Assembly (NCBI GenBank): GCA_013265495.1
Contig: MU058059.1
Location: forward strand, 1,488,001 to 1,552,000
Reading direction: 5' to 3'
Source of the DNA: Vicugna vicugna
Taxonomy: Eukaryota
DNA length: 64,000 nucleotides
Numbering within the stretch: the first letter of the stretch is position 1; each line of letters begins with the position of its first letter. The translations under genes and the position numbers were made by a program. The notes below the pieces were generated by a model. It was not told where the DNA came from and searched no databases. It worked only from the letters and a program-made list of their open reading frames with translations. Below, one piece after another: positions 13,085 through 27,300 of this stretch.

Positions 13085-13610
13085 TTTTTTTAACTGAAGT
13101 ATAACATACGCACAGAAAAATGCATAAAAGAAAAGTGTGTAGCTCAGTAAATTTTCACACATTTGACACGTGCAACTTGCTCCCAAATCAAGAAACAGAA
13201 TATTACAAGCACGCCCCCTTCCAGTCACTACCCAGCAAGGCCAACATGGACGGGTATCCCAACTTCTTACACAACAAGTCACTTCTGTGCCTTTTACTCC
13301 CATATAGAAGCACTTGCACAGTCCACGTTGTCTGTGTCCAGCTTCTGCTAACACTTCGGTGTTGGTGACAGTCACCCGCACTGTTGCGTGCACACGGGCA
13401 CAGCTCCCTCTTACTGCTGCAGAGCACGTGGACAGTGTCGCAGCCTCCTTCTCTGTCTTGTTTCTGATGGGCATGTGGGTGATTTCCAGGTATGGGGCAC
13501 CACACACAGCGCTACCGGAACATTCTACAGCACGTCTCCTGCTGAAATGCACACTCAGCATGCTTCCGGTCAGTGGCTGGGGCAGAACTGCTGATCACAC
13601 GGTATACGCA
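13085..13610 (-). mobile_element. Old L1 3' end
   Basis: ttttaactgaagtataacatac...atcaagaaacagaatattac...tgggtgatttccaggt pattern of an antisense L1 3'UTR. Confidence 0.7.
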
Positions 13611-13614
13611 TCAC

Positions 13615-14112
13615 TCTCCCGCTGCCCTGGAACCAACTACCGCAGACTCAGTCCCTTAAAACAACACATTTATTTTATATATTTATCATATTTTTTTACA
13701 TAATAAAACTGTAACATCATTGCACAGTTGAGGAGGTCAAAAGTCCTACATGGATCTCACTCAACTAAAATCCAGCTGTCAGCAGGGTGTAGTTCCTTTC
13801 TGGAGGCTCTAGAGGGGACCCATTCTTTTGCTTTTCCCAGCTTCCAGAGGCCACCCACACACCTTGGCTCGAAGCCCCTTCCTCCACCTGTGAAGCCAGC
13901 CGTGGCCAGTTGAGTCCTCCTGATAACCAGTCACCCTGACTCTGACTCCTCTGCTTCTCTCCTCCACATTTAAGAGCTGTGATGGAGTGATCCAGGATGA
14001 GTTCCCTATTTTAAGGTACACTGATTAGCAACCTTAAGTCTATCTGCATCCTCAGTCCCACCTTGCCCTGTTTGACATTCACTCTCACAGGCTTTAGGGA
14101 TTAGGGTATGGA
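13615..14112 (-). mobile_element. MLT1 (MaLR) solo LTR
   Basis: cttaaaacaacacatttatt...ttcctttctggaggctctagagggga...cttttcccagcttccagaggccaccca...attagggtatggac. Confidence 0.85.
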
Positions 14113-14339
14113 CGGTATGCATATGTTTTGAAACCGTTTTTAGAACCTGTAAGTATTACAAACGTTGCATGATGACATGGTGGCAAACTCAAGCAGCAGA
14201 TCTAGTTTCTTCTGCCTGCTTTGTAACCCTCTCCAACTAGAAAAATCTTTTTGCAGTTACTAAGCATAAAAATAAAATTTTCAAAAATTTTAAAATTATA
14301 TACATGGAAATGATATAATTTCAACTATGTGAAAGATAA

Positions 14340-15395
14340 TGTACCAGGGGCTACAGAAATGCAAAACAAGTAGGTGACTTCTGGTCTAAGTGAGTAAATG
14401 CAAGGAAAAAAAGAAATACTGGAAAAATACTTTTTAAAACTTGTGTTAAACAGCTGAGCTCTGAGCTATTAAAAAAAGGAAAACTTTAGATGCCAGAAAC
14501 AAAGAAAGAAATAAGGAAATTAAATCACACATACACATTAGAGCTTTAACTTTTCCTTCCAATCTGGGTATCAGAACTGAAACCATAAGCTGCAGGCAAT
14601 TTGGCTAGAAATTGTCTGTTGTTTGTTTACAGAGCCAAGAGCCAGGAAAATGGGGTCCTGCCTTTGATTAAGGTCTAATAAACCTTCACGCACTGGTCTA
14701 GGTAGCAGCACAGAAGGCCACCTTCACTCAAACGCTCGTGGAAAAATAACCACTGGGAAATCAGAAACCCAAACCGATACCACATGGAGGGCTGGGACTC
14801 CACTGTCCCTACCCAGCAATGCAGAAGCTGAAATCAGGGACAGCAAAACTGCCCCATGGCAACATCTCAACCACCTGGGACACTCTCAGAACTGATATGA
14901 AATTCTCACTGCAGATGAGCTCACAGATGGAAACTACAGAACACACAGGAACACCCATTAGAGTACAAAAAGGCAACTAACCAGAAAATGAACACCCCAG
15001 AAGTCTTCATAAGAGAAAAAGCCTCCAAGGACACGAAAATAAGAATGTGTACACTCTTGAAGAAATAAATGAAAATAGACTCTAAGAACAGAACATTGTT
15101 CAAGTAAAAAAAAAACAGATTTGAAAAATCGGAAAATTTGGAAATGAAATACATAATATGGTAGGAAAACTGCTGTGGTTGTGTTCAGCAAGCACAGTTC
15201 TTACAAGCAAAAACTAGGAAACTGGAGTCCAGAGCTGAAACAATCACCCAAAATAAGGCACAGAAAAGCAGATGCTAAAAATTATGAGAGGGAAGAAGAC
15301 AGTGGATAACGTGAGAAGCCCCAACATGCATCTAAAAGGAGATCCAGAAGGAGAGACTAGGGAAAAAAAAATTAGAGACAAAATGTCTAAAAAGC
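14340..15395 (+). mobile_element. Old L1/HAL1-like 5' region and ORF1 remnant
   Basis: A-rich; ORF 15272 contains RSPNMHLKGDPEGE, similar to L1 ORF1 RRxNIxxIGVPEGE. Confidence 0.6.
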
Positions 15396-15849
15396 AAGAA
15401 CCAGTACAATCCCTGCTGCCCAGGAGCTCCCAACTCTGTCCTCACGCCTCCCGGAAGGATGCTCCAAAGTCCAGGCTCTGCCTCCCTCGCGTGTCCTCAG
15501 CGTCTTGCCCCTTCAGCCTTGACTGACACAGTGTTGAAGTGGGGACATCATGTCACCCTACAAGCCTGACGGAGGCAGAGCTGAGGTTAGAGATCTGTTT
15601 CCATGGGTCTAGCTCCAGGTTCACGATGGTAGTTTTCACTTCCCCTTCTTGTTCAGTTAAGTTCACACGTGCTGAGGGCCCCTGGGTTTCTGCTCACAGT
15701 GACAGTAAGAAAACCTGCCGGTTAGCCGGCCGAACATCCTCCTTCTTTGTCCTGCCACTTGAGTTTCACTGTGGAGAGCCTTGTTCCAAGTCCACGCAGC
15801 TCCAGGGCAGGCAGACAACCCGGAAAAGGACAACTCAATAAAATCCACC

Positions 15850-16202
15850 CTCTTGGCCATGGTAATTGTTTCAGGGGTAAGATATCTAAACTAAGAAAAC
15901 ATAGAGATATTTGATTCCAGGACTCTGACTGGAAATACTGGGCAAAAAAACTTTTCTTCTGAGATTGTTAAATTAGTATAAGTAAGTCTGGAAATGCAGA
16001 GGCCACCAGGTAAAAGAGAGCTTCACTGAGACCAAGAAGGCAAAACCAAGTGCTGACAGTGACAAGCCCCTGGATCCAGCCACACCTGATCCAACACCAC
16101 ACCAGGACTTCTTAGTTCTGTGAGATGACAAAGTTCTTTTTCTACTTAAGCCAGATTGAGCTCGATTTCTGTCATCTACAACCAAAGGAGTCAAGACTAA
16201 TA
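15850..16202 (+). mobile_element. MLT1 (J/K-like) MaLR LTR fragment
   Basis: cccctggatccagccacacctga...cttaagccagattgagct..tttctgtca.ctacaaccaaaggagtc..gactaata terminus. Confidence 0.75.
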
Positions 16203-18359
16203 AAAATTTCAGAAGCAATGAAGCAGCACTGACAACAGCAGCAGCAGGAGGACAGCTGCTCTCTGAACAGTTCCCCAACTTAAAACACTGAGAAAGATTT
16301 GGGTTGCAATCCGAACATTAACTCAACCAATATCGTGCTCTGTGAATCCAATCTAGATTTTATAATGCCTTAGAGCTCTTCCAGCTACCTTAAAAGACAT
16401 CACAAAATTATAAATAACAATTTCAAAACAAAATAATCACTAATTATTTAGAATTTAAGAAAATGACATTTTTAATTTTAGGGAAATTAAGAGATGGCAC
16501 AAAATAAAAGTATCAATTAAAGCTTTAAAAGATTAGGAATCAATCATAATGATAACAAATGGGTTTTGGAAGTTGCAGAGGCAACAGCAGATGAGACTCT
16601 GGTGCAAACAAAACACCTGTTTATGAATAAGAGATTAGCATGTAGGGGGAAGGAAAGGGCGGGGTGGGAGTGATGCTGACATACGTGTTTACATAATGTT
16701 GTGCGTGACTCCAGGTCTATGAGAAGAGACAACAGAAATCTCCCAGGCAAACCAATGGGAACAAGACTTTTTTCCTGTTATCCACTTCCAGAGTCTCTTG
16801 TGCCTCTTTCTGTTCCTAGTCACTCAATAATGTAAAAATGATCTTTCCCATAACCCCTGAATATCAAAGATTAATGTCAAGCAGTGCGCTAAACTCATCC
16901 TTTCTCTCCACTCTGTCTGCCAGAAGACAGGGATATCTGTGGCCAGGAACACAGAACACGTCAGGTACAGGGCAGCCAGATACTTAGTGGTCATAGTGAA
17001 TGCCATGTGTGCCACATGTGATTGAGAGCAAAACACATCCTGTGCGTTTTATCACACCTGAAATCAGATGGTCTCACAGCACGGCCAGCCAGGTAGCAAT
17101 TCTTACGTACTCACGACCGCCCGCCCACGCGCAGGCGTGGCTGTGCTTCCTGGTGTCTAGACGGAACAACTGTGACCCTTTAATGGTCAGAAGTGGTCAA
17201 TAAACAATTTGCAGATCATTTCAGGAAGGAACAGGAGTCCTAGTCGTCAGATAAACCATGTGATGATACCATCAGATGTGCAGAATGTGTGTCAACGGCT
17301 TGGAAGAAAATCCCAGGACAGTGCTGAGACATGCTCTTAAGAAATGAGCCAACGTGAAGACTCCTGCAGCACAAGGCTGACGCGGGGAGAACGGAGGGTG
17401 AAGGAGGAGGCAAAGTGAGTCAGCAGAGCTGGACTCTGCAGGTGATTCATTTTTAAAAAGCCCAATCCAACTTAATAAACTAGTATGTTCTTTTTCGAAT
17501 ATGTACAGTAGTAATAAATAATAAAAAACACATGCTTAAATGAACTCTTTGTGATAAGAAAACATTCTATGACTGTCTGCTCTGGCCTTTCTTTTCCTCA
17601 CCACGGGCCCTTGACACAACAGAGCAGCTCACAAGCAACAGTGCCGGGCATCAGAAGAAACGCGGTCGTTTCTACAAAGAAGTCATCCACAGCAAGTCTA
17701 CCTTCTAGCTCGCTGAAAGCAGGGCTTGTTTGTGGGTAAGGAGCTTTGCTTGTGGCTACCAAAAAGATACGCGCTGACTTCCTTGCAGTGTCACTCATGT
17801 AGTTTTACCTCTCTGCTGACGTGTCGTTGCACTTCGACCTGCCAAAGTTGTGCCTGGGGTTAAATAAGGTCGTTTGACTTATTTCTGAAGTGTCCCCTTT
17901 ATATACATAGGTCAAAGGCACTGAAAGGACAACATAACCTCAATGATGCTAAAAAAGCAGATGCTAGTATCCTTCCTTAACCACTGCCTTTGTCTCTCCA
18001 CAATCTCTCTTTCTAAGGTATCAAGGCTCTCAGAAATCAATTGCTCATTCAAGACAACAATGTGCTCTCACAGCACGCTAATTATACAGGTATTAGAGTT
18101 TCATGACTGCTCAAAAATCAATAGGGGTTGACAAACTAAAATAATGCATCTTCCTTTATTCTAATGAAATGCGCTAAAGATCTATCAAATTTGAGTTATT
18201 CTCCAAACGGCCATATGTTGTCAATATTTAATTCCTAATACTCTGCATTCACTTATTAAATCAAATTTTGTAGTTAAAGGCTTAAATTAAAGCCATAGGT
18301 CAGAACCAGGCTGTCAAGTGGTTCTAAAAGTCATCAAGTTTTGCAAATAAACATTTATT

Positions 18360-20120
18360 GAGGATATCCCAGTGGAATGAACTGCTTTACGACAGACCAA
18401 TACTTCCTTACATAATAACAAGAAAAGCTAAGTAAAATAGTTATTGATAAAGGCACGAGAGACACATGAAGGTAATGAGCACTAGAAAGGCTAAAATTAC
18501 AAAAAAAAAAAAAAGGAAAGAAAGAAAAGAAAACATCAGAGAGATGACTTGTTGACCGGCATCAACACTTTTCTGGTTATACTTGACTATGTGAGGAACC
18601 AGGATGGAGCTTCTGTGTCTTACGGGGCTACAAGGTCAAAACTGGAGAACTGAAGGCCCTCAAACGCATGACCCGTTTCACTCTGGCATGCAGTAACGTG
18701 AAAAGTGGAGAAGCTAAGCCACAAGGATCTGTAAGCAACGTAGAGCTGTCCAGAGGCTCGCAGTACTGTGAAGACAAAGATCAGAACTGAAGACTCAACA
18801 AGGAGAAGAGGTGAAAACAGACTCTCAGTTAAAGCCCTGGAGGGACACGTCTATGGAACAGGCACCAACTAGAGGTAGACTGGACTGTCAGGGCCGACGA
18901 CCCGACTTCAGCTCTGCCAGATTAAGGTGATCAATCCCCACTTCTTCTGCCCTGCAGAAGAGTAATTCCTCTCCAGGGGAAGACAACTTCAATTAGTAAC
19001 ATTCAGAGCTTCTACGACTTTTACACACAGTGTCCGGCATTCAATCAACAATTACTATGAATGATAAGAGATAAGGTAATATGACCAAAAAACCACAACA
19101 GACCCACAGGTGATACACACACTGGAGTTAACAGCCAAGGATATTAAAACAATTATGATGAATATGTTCAAGAAAATTAAGGAAAAGATGTAAAAAAAAA
19201 AACGAAAAGAAACAGAATGTCACCAGATACTCGGAATATATAGAAAGAACCAAGGAGAAACTCTAGAATTGGATAATATAGAAAGCACACTGACAGACAG
19301 GCAGACTGACACTACAAATCAAAAGAAAATATACAGATGGAAGCAACAGAGAGGAAGAGTGAGAAATATAGGAAAAGGGCACAAAAGATAAGTAGAACAC
19401 AGTGAAAGGATACAAAATGTAATCGGGGTCCCGAAAAGGAAGAGAGTAAGAGAACTAGCGAAAAGCAACATTTGTAGAGAAAATTGCCAGAATTTTCCAA
19501 AACTGATGAAAAACATACAACCACAGCTTCTCCAAGTTTTGTGAATCTTAAGACCTAAAAACAACTTTCCCGGAACAGAAATTTATACAAATATTAAGCA
19601 AAAGTCACATATAAGGATTTTCATAGTACCATTTCTGATAACAAAATGTCCATCGACAGTAGAGTGGATACATTACAGGACAGTCATCAAACAGAATGAA
19701 CCAGCAACGTACAGCAGTGACAGTGACTGTAACTGCACGCATCAGCACGGATGAATCTTGCAGACACAATGCTGACTGAATGAAGCCAGAAACAGGAAGA
19801 CGTACCATACAATTCTATTTACATGAAGTGCAACCATAGGCAAAGCTTCCCTAAAGCACAGAAAGTCAAGATAGTTGTCACCTTTGGAAGGTAACACCTA
19901 GAAGGAGACACGAGGGGGTTTCTGAGGGGCAGGTAATGTACATATGGCCACCAAAATGGCTAAAATGAACAAGGAAAGAACATCAAGTGCCAGGTAAGGT
20001 GAGGAGCAATTAGAACTTTCATTGCTACAGGGAGGCATGTGCATTAGTGCAACAACTTTAGAAAACCATCTGGACGTAAATACCAAGATTGAATGGACAC
20101 ATCTCCTGTGACATATTCTC
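18360..20120 (+). mobile_element. Old L1 mosaic (5'UTR/ORF1 remnant to ~19560, then 3' end pieces)
   Basis: gtaatcggggtcccgaaaaggaagagag (VIGVPKRKR), gaattttccaaaactgatgaaa (NFPKLMK), then aaatgtccatcgacagtagagtggata 3'-end motif. Confidence 0.7.
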
Positions 20121-21718
20121 ATGCCTCATAATTACTCAAAAAAGGGGTCACTCTTAAGCACAGTCTTTCAGATCTCTTAAAATTGGGAGCATCTACCCAG
20201 GAATAGCTCAAATGAAGACCTCACACACCATTTTTTCCTTTATTTTGCATACTTTAATTTCAGAACGAAAACAAACACAACACACATCCAAACCCTATGT
20301 CAAATGTGGGAAGGGACAGGGCCTGAGGCCCCTGTATCCTGCCTTAGAAAGACAGGAACAAAACCACCCCTCTAAGCAGTCCTGTCCTCTTACTCAGATC
20401 AAACGCACTCAACCCGAGGAGTGAAACACTGGGCTCAGTTTACAGCTGTTGCTCAGTGCACTCACTTACAACAGTCCACTCCACAAAGAGATGCTCAATA
20501 AATGTTAAATATCATTATCCATTCAAAATTTGTGGAGAACCTATCATGATAAAAAGGAGAAGGTAAAGATTCTCACAACAGCTACGAAAATTTCCGTATC
20601 ATGTGTTCTGTCTTCTGATCTGGAAAAACAAAGTGGCTGACAAAATGAACATGAATTCTGCTGTGATTGTCATTTGTAGTTCCCTAACATTTGGGTAATT
20701 TTCTGCATTACAAGTCTCATCTTCCCCAGGGCAGAGGCCAGAAAACCTTGAACCACAGACCCCCCTGCAAGTAGGATCAGGCAGTGACCTGGCTTCTGCC
20801 AGTAAAAGGCTCAGGGAAGCTTCATCACAGACAGTAAGGCTTTTCCACCTTTCACTTCCTCTGCTGGGTGCTTAAGACTTAAAGGAAAGGAGACTCAGTC
20901 GCTGGCCTCAAAGCTGGAAGAAACTGCAGACAGACTTCTTTCAGGTAATACTTTAAACTGTCCAAGTTATCTTCTTTCTTAGGTTTCATTTTCTCCTAAA
21001 TACCTCCTGTAATCTTCTAGAATAAACCAAACCAACAAAATCACAGTTCTTCGATAAACTGAACTAACACATGTAAATTGTAACTTACACAAATACAACT
21101 TACTGCAGTATCTTTTAAACAGGCACATTCTGTTTCACAAGCTTTCCACACATTTCGCCTCTAATAAACACACACTTGAAAAATTACGATGGAAAATGCA
21201 CTGGCTTGCTGCTGCTGACATAACTCATAGTACGATACAAACCAGCAGGAACGGCTGTTCACGAGGTGGCTCAGAACCTCAGCTTTCAAAAGAACATGAT
21301 GAAAGCAAAAAGGCTATGCACGTGTGTCTGCTGCTCATCACAGACGTATTCTGCTCATTATTTTCAGTAAGCATCCTTCCTACAGAATTTTGATATTATG
21401 CACGATGAGGCTGGGATTCTATGGACCTCACTTAAGCAGATGGGAAGAAATAAATGGTGCGGAAATATGAGTGAGATGGGTCTTTCAAAAACTGAATTTT
21501 GTCAAGAACACACTAAGCAAGTTTCTCAAAATACTTTTAATAAATTAACTCTTTATTCACTCACAATGTTTCTAGTAGACTATGGTAAGACAAGGATATT
21601 TGGGGTTTTGTTTTGTTTTGAAGCCAGAAAGCCAAAACGCTGGGTAACAGTAATCTCTTTCCATTTTGCCTACAGAGCACTTGAGAACTCAGGTAAAAAT
21701 TGGTTATCATAAAAAAGC

Positions 21719-21913
21719 TTACTATATATAAAAATAGATTAAAAACAAGTTTCTTCTGTATAGCACAGAGAACTGTATTCAATATCTTGTAATACCCTTT
21801 AATGAAAGAGAGTATGAAAATGAACATATGTATGTATATGCATGACCAGGACACTGTGCTGTACATGAGAAACTGACACACTGGAACTGACAGTCCTTCA
21901 ATGAAAAAAAAAA
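21719..21913 (+). mobile_element. 5'-truncated cetartiodactyl-type L1 3'UTR
   Basis: ctgtatagcacagagaactgtattcaatatcttgtaata..., A tail, short TSD-like aaaaaagc on both sides. Confidence 0.85.
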
Positions 21914-24189
21914 GCAGCTTCCAACAGGAACAATCCACCGCCTAGAAACAACCACCTGAACATAAACAGCCTGGAAAGAGGAACAGTTCTAAAGAATTAT
22001 CATCTGATTACGTTCAAGAACATAGGGCTTGCTTTAATAAGTTAATTCCAATGACTTACAAATCTACCACCTGTATGCAAGTCAACCTCCAGCGATAATA
22101 AAACTCCATTAACTTACAACATCTATGACTAAACAGTGAGGCAAAGATAAACCTTATTAACCTTACCTTATCCTAATTCGAATTATTTTTTAAATCCACA
22201 TCTATGAAGATCAGAGTGGTGAGGTCTTACTTGAGAAACAGGTGCACACAGAGTGATTCACTGGTACTTGTCAGGGTCACCACCCTGGGTCCTGTTTCAT
22301 GGGACCACGACCAAAGGCCCTGCGAGTGAGCGGCAGGCCTGGGACCTCCGGCCCCTCCACTGCCCCACAGCTGGATCATGGCCCTCAGAAAGCATTCTTT
22401 GTACCTCCCCCCATGCCATCTGCTCCAAGCCTTCTTTCTAGTTACTAATAAAAGCCATAGGAGCCATCTGGACTGTCTGTGTCTATATTTTTTAAATGCA
22501 AAATAGTTAAATGTGTTTGCACAGGACCTGGCGCAAGAAGACAGTAACTCCCCAGGGAAGGCCTGGGGGAGGGCAGAGGACGCTGCCCCCTCTCCAGAGC
22601 CAGCCCCAGGCCGGCCTCGGACCTCACAGAACCTGGCTTTCTGCCAAACCCCGCGTGCACTGCACCTTCAGTGTCTGCAGAACCTTGTGTATGGACACTT
22701 TTTCTGACTTTCTAGATCAATCTCAATACGTTTGATTTTTGCTGTACCTCATTCAAACCATGGATGGCTTATCAAATTAGTTCCCACTTGAAATTTCATT
22801 TTAGCCTAAGTATCCAAAAAATTGCAATTAAGAAACACCATTTATCTTAAACACACATGGTGGTGACAAGCTGGAGTCTTTGAGACTATATTTTGTTACT
22901 TTCTCACCAAACCTGGGAACTTTCTGTGCAATTTCCAAGTCTGTACTGAGTGGAACTTGATAAGAGAAGATGTAACACGTGAGAGCACGAAACAAAATCT
23001 CCTGAGCAGTGAGACGAGGAGTGCCTCTTTCCCTTCTGCAGCTCATCTGACTTTGGTATCTTTTCTATTAAACCATCTCCCCTCATCACCCTCAACCAAT
23101 GAACTATTCTAATTCCAGGTGGTGAAGATTTGAGAGGAAAAGAGATTGCTCTTAATATGAATGCTGGAGTCCTCCAAATGCTGATTGCCTGATTTTAAAT
23201 CGCCCTTATCAAAATGCTGCAAACACATTGGCAATTGTGAACATTCCCCTCAATTCCTGGGCCCCAATTATCACAATCAGTTCTTCTGAGAAAAAAATAA
23301 CTGGAGAAAAGTCAAACCACACGCATGAAGGACAGAGATGGCAGGGCTTTCTGGTCACCTGATGGGTCAGTCAGTTGCCCACCATTACAGGTTATGTAAG
23401 ACGCGTAAGTTGTGATACAGCCATCAAAGAGGAATGACTCACATCCAACCATGAACAGCTTTATCCTCAGGCTGACTTCACCCAGCGCTTCAAAGTTCAG
23501 AACATAATCTCATCTCACTGTTCTCTTGCTGGCCATGGGAAGACACAAAACTGCAGCCACTAAAAAAGTTCCCCTACTCAGCCCTGGTCAGATCCAGACA
23601 GAGCAGGTAAATGGCACTGAAGGTATCCGTCCTCCTCCTCAGCCTCGCCCCCTCTTTCCCCTCCATCAAGGTGGAAAAACTAAACTCACTATGAACTATG
23701 CAGCTTTAAGGCAGGGATGTCACTGCTCTGGGAGTTACGACCTCATTTGTAAAATAAATGGGTTCGCCTACCCTAGAAGATGACCTTAAGACCTTCTAAT
23801 TTATACTTCCGTAACTCTACTTTGGGCAATTTCTTTCATCTTCCACCCTAGCCTGTCCTGTGAAGGTCTGTAATGCGGACAATGCTACAGACATAGCACC
23901 GGGCCTATGAGGCTGACCTCCCGGCGCATTGGGGAGAGAGCGCCCCGGGGGAGGGGGGCTCCGGGGAAGGGCTCTACAGACGCAGAATCCAAAGCTCTCG
24001 TCCAGCCCTGGCTCCACCCCTTGTTCATACTATCAAATTCAGCAAGACACTCAAACTCAAAATTCTCAGCACACTTTTTTTTACAAAATGGAAATAATTC
24101 TTTATCATCATCATTGAAAAATGTAAGAATCAAGTGACACATAACCAATCATGATTCCGTGATTGACTTATTTCTAAGACTTGCTGACG

Positions 24190-24380
24190 TATACCAAGCA
24201 TTTACTAATTTCAAGAAATTTTACAAAATGTTTTATAGGCATTATACAACCGTCAGGGCCCCCGCTTTACAGATGGGAAAACTGAGAGTAAGTCACTTGC
24301 CCAAGATTATATGGCGAGTAAAGGGCTCAGCCAGGATTCAAACTGAACTGTCCCCAAAATCCCACGTTCTTAACCTCAAT
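24190..24380 (-). mobile_element. MIR SINE
   Basis: tttacagatgggaaaactgag...cacttgcccaagat...ccaggattcaaac. Confidence 0.8.
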
Positions 24381-27300
24381 CCTCTAGGACCGGACAACGC
24401 TGAACCCAGGACTCTAGATCCTGCCTCTTGATGAGTTTAGCAAAGTAAAAGTAGTAAGATCTGTAACTGAAAGAAAAGTTTTAACTTTAACACAAACTGT
24501 ACTTCTAATCTTAGTGACAACAAATCCTTTTTTCCCTCAGAGCACCTATTAAATGAATTGATGCTTGATGGAAACACAGTTTATGAAATACTGAGCCAAA
24601 TCAATCCAACCTGCTCATTTCACAGAAAGAGAAACTGAAGCTCAAAGCAGTCAGAGACAAGGTCACACATGCTGGCTGACGAGGGGCTCGGGTCTGGAAA
24701 ACCCGGCCCGAGTCCACTCCGGCCTTCCCGCTCCTGCCCCACCGCCTGGGTAACAGTTCCCTCTAAAAGGCAAGACGCTAGGAATGTTACCACATTTCCA
24801 AAGCAGATTCCTCCAAAACCAACATTTTAGAACACAGCATCGAAAGAAGATTTACCCCCAGAGAGAAAGCCGTAGGCGAAGTCAAGGCCGTGTGGATAAG
24901 AAAGTTACTATGCCGCACACCACACCAGCCACCCTCACCTCCCGCCTCGTCTCCAGGGCAATCCTTGTGAGATCTTACTCAGCTCAAGTTCAAGAAGCCT
25001 ATGGGTAGTGTAAGCTCACAATTTCTATACTCACCAAACTTGGCTTTTCAAATACCCCAGACTGACCTTTTTTCACAGAAAGTGGATGAGAGGACAGTCC
25101 CCAGGGAATTCAGGTGTCGGGGGGGGGGGCACGCTGCGGTGCACCCACGCAGGCCTCCGCGAGGAGGGTCTTTGCACAAAAGCACAAGAGGCAGAGTGAT
25201 ATTAAACTGAATGGGTTAAACCGCAATTTTCATTTCCAGGCTGTAAAATATTCAAGTTGACAGTCCTGGTAGGATTTCAGGTTATGAAAATGCCTTGCAA
25301 AGTAAAGCATCTTGGTCTTTCCATATTTACTGATTAAAATCTATTATTTCCATTTTCTGCCAGTTAGCTCCACAGCACAGTCTTACAACTTAGGGAGCTT
25401 ATTTAATCAGCCATTTAAGACACACTGACATTGTTTTAAAATATAAAATTGTGTGACATCCTTAATTCTCAGGTCAACATGTAAGGATACATCATAACCT
25501 CAAACAATTCCTTACTATATTCCTGAGCTGAAATACAGGTTCACTGAGTTGTTTTGGTTTTTTTTTTCATTTGCATATGTATAACCCTTCAAAACGGGAG
25601 GGGCAAGTCATGACATATTTGGGGGGAAACCACTTTTTACAAAACACTCTAATATAAATCTTTTATTCTTGGGAATTCTGAGAAGGATGTTACAATGAAA
25701 CAGTTTTAATCTCAGAAAGCATCCCCAGAGAACAGGAGCGAATGAGGCCCCAAGGCCATGTTGCAGCACCGGGGGACCAAAGCAGATCGCCATGGAAAAG
25801 GAGAGCTTGAGACTGTTAACGGGCCTACTTTTCCATCACAGAGGCCAGGCCTTCCCTGCATCCCAGTCTCCACACTTTGTCCACGCATGTGGCAAACACG
25901 GCGGGTTAATGGGAAACGTGAACCAGGCGATTGTGAGCTTTCCTTTTTTCATCTGGTTGCGTTTCGTAACCACTGAAGTATGAGTTGATAATTCAGGGCC
26001 ACCAAGTGTCATATTAATAACTTGACAAGGAAAAGGTAATGCTCTATCTCATAAATACAGTACTTAAAACAGAAGCAGAATTCTCGAAGGAGAATGTTTA
26101 AAAGGCCAAATCTGGCAGGAGGTTAAACCAGTCACTCCTCTAGAGGTTTTCACCTTCCTAGGATCTTGTATATCAAACATCCAGAACCTTTACAAAAGCT
26201 AACCAGTGCTCGGAGGGGATTTATCACTTTAATGACATAAAAGGGGAAACTGAGAAATCCAAGGCTGGGTGAAAAGAACGTCATTAGACCACGATAGTGA
26301 TTAAATAATAATACCTTAAAGTGTAGTGCGTGGTTAGCACGCCATCACAACGCGAGCGGACTGAGTGCTCGCAGGAGTGACACCGGGGGGCAGCCAGGAC
26401 GGTGGGGGTGGGCAGCCTGGATGGCAGGGGGAGCCCAGCAACACCGGGAGGAATAAAAGCAGCAGCAGCAGCAGCGAGAGCAACGCCCTTACTGATGTTC
26501 TGACGACGCCCTGTGATACCTCAGCACCTTCCTTCTAGACAAAAAGTTTATAAAAATAACCAAACACATAAAAACAAATGTTTCATATAGGCAAAAAAAG
26601 GAGGCAGAAAGAAAAAGAGACACACAGACAAAAAGACAAAGAGATCAAAGAAACACACTGCCCAGTGGCATGCTGAAGGAGCTGTTCTTTTCCCTTTAGC
26701 TTTGCAAAGTAAAGATACACGTTATAAAGTCAAAAAGAAACGTAGTTAATCATAAACCCACATGATAACACCTATTTAGACTCTTTTAGATGGGCTTAAA
26801 GTATTCTGTCTGCTTCCTGCTCAGGAGAAAGAAGCAGAGGCTTCCTCCTACTGTCACCTTCCTATTTGAGGACATTTAGCCACCTAACAAAGAAAATTAT
26901 TCAGACTCCTCTTACAAAGATAAGGCAGCAACAACGGTTTGAATCACCAGGTCCCACATTTCAGACAGAGAAAACAATGCCCCCAGAGCAAGAAAAGCCT
27001 GTAAAACCGAGGAAAGAACAAACCCAGACCACCGTCTCCTAGTATAAACTGCCTTCCACCTGCTGCAAAAACGCCAGCTTTTACAGTGTTACTTGGAACG
27101 CCGCCCTGTCTGTAGATAAAAAGGTCTTCCACCACATTATCACTAGTTCCTCGAGGGATGTCAGATTTTGCCGTCAGTCACCTGTTTTTTATCATTACTA
27201 GGCTAAATAGGCTTCATCAAGGTTGCTCCCCTGTGTTAAACAACGAGGAGACTGTCCACAGTCTAGCTTTGGAACCGCCACCCACCTCGGCCCAGGACAC

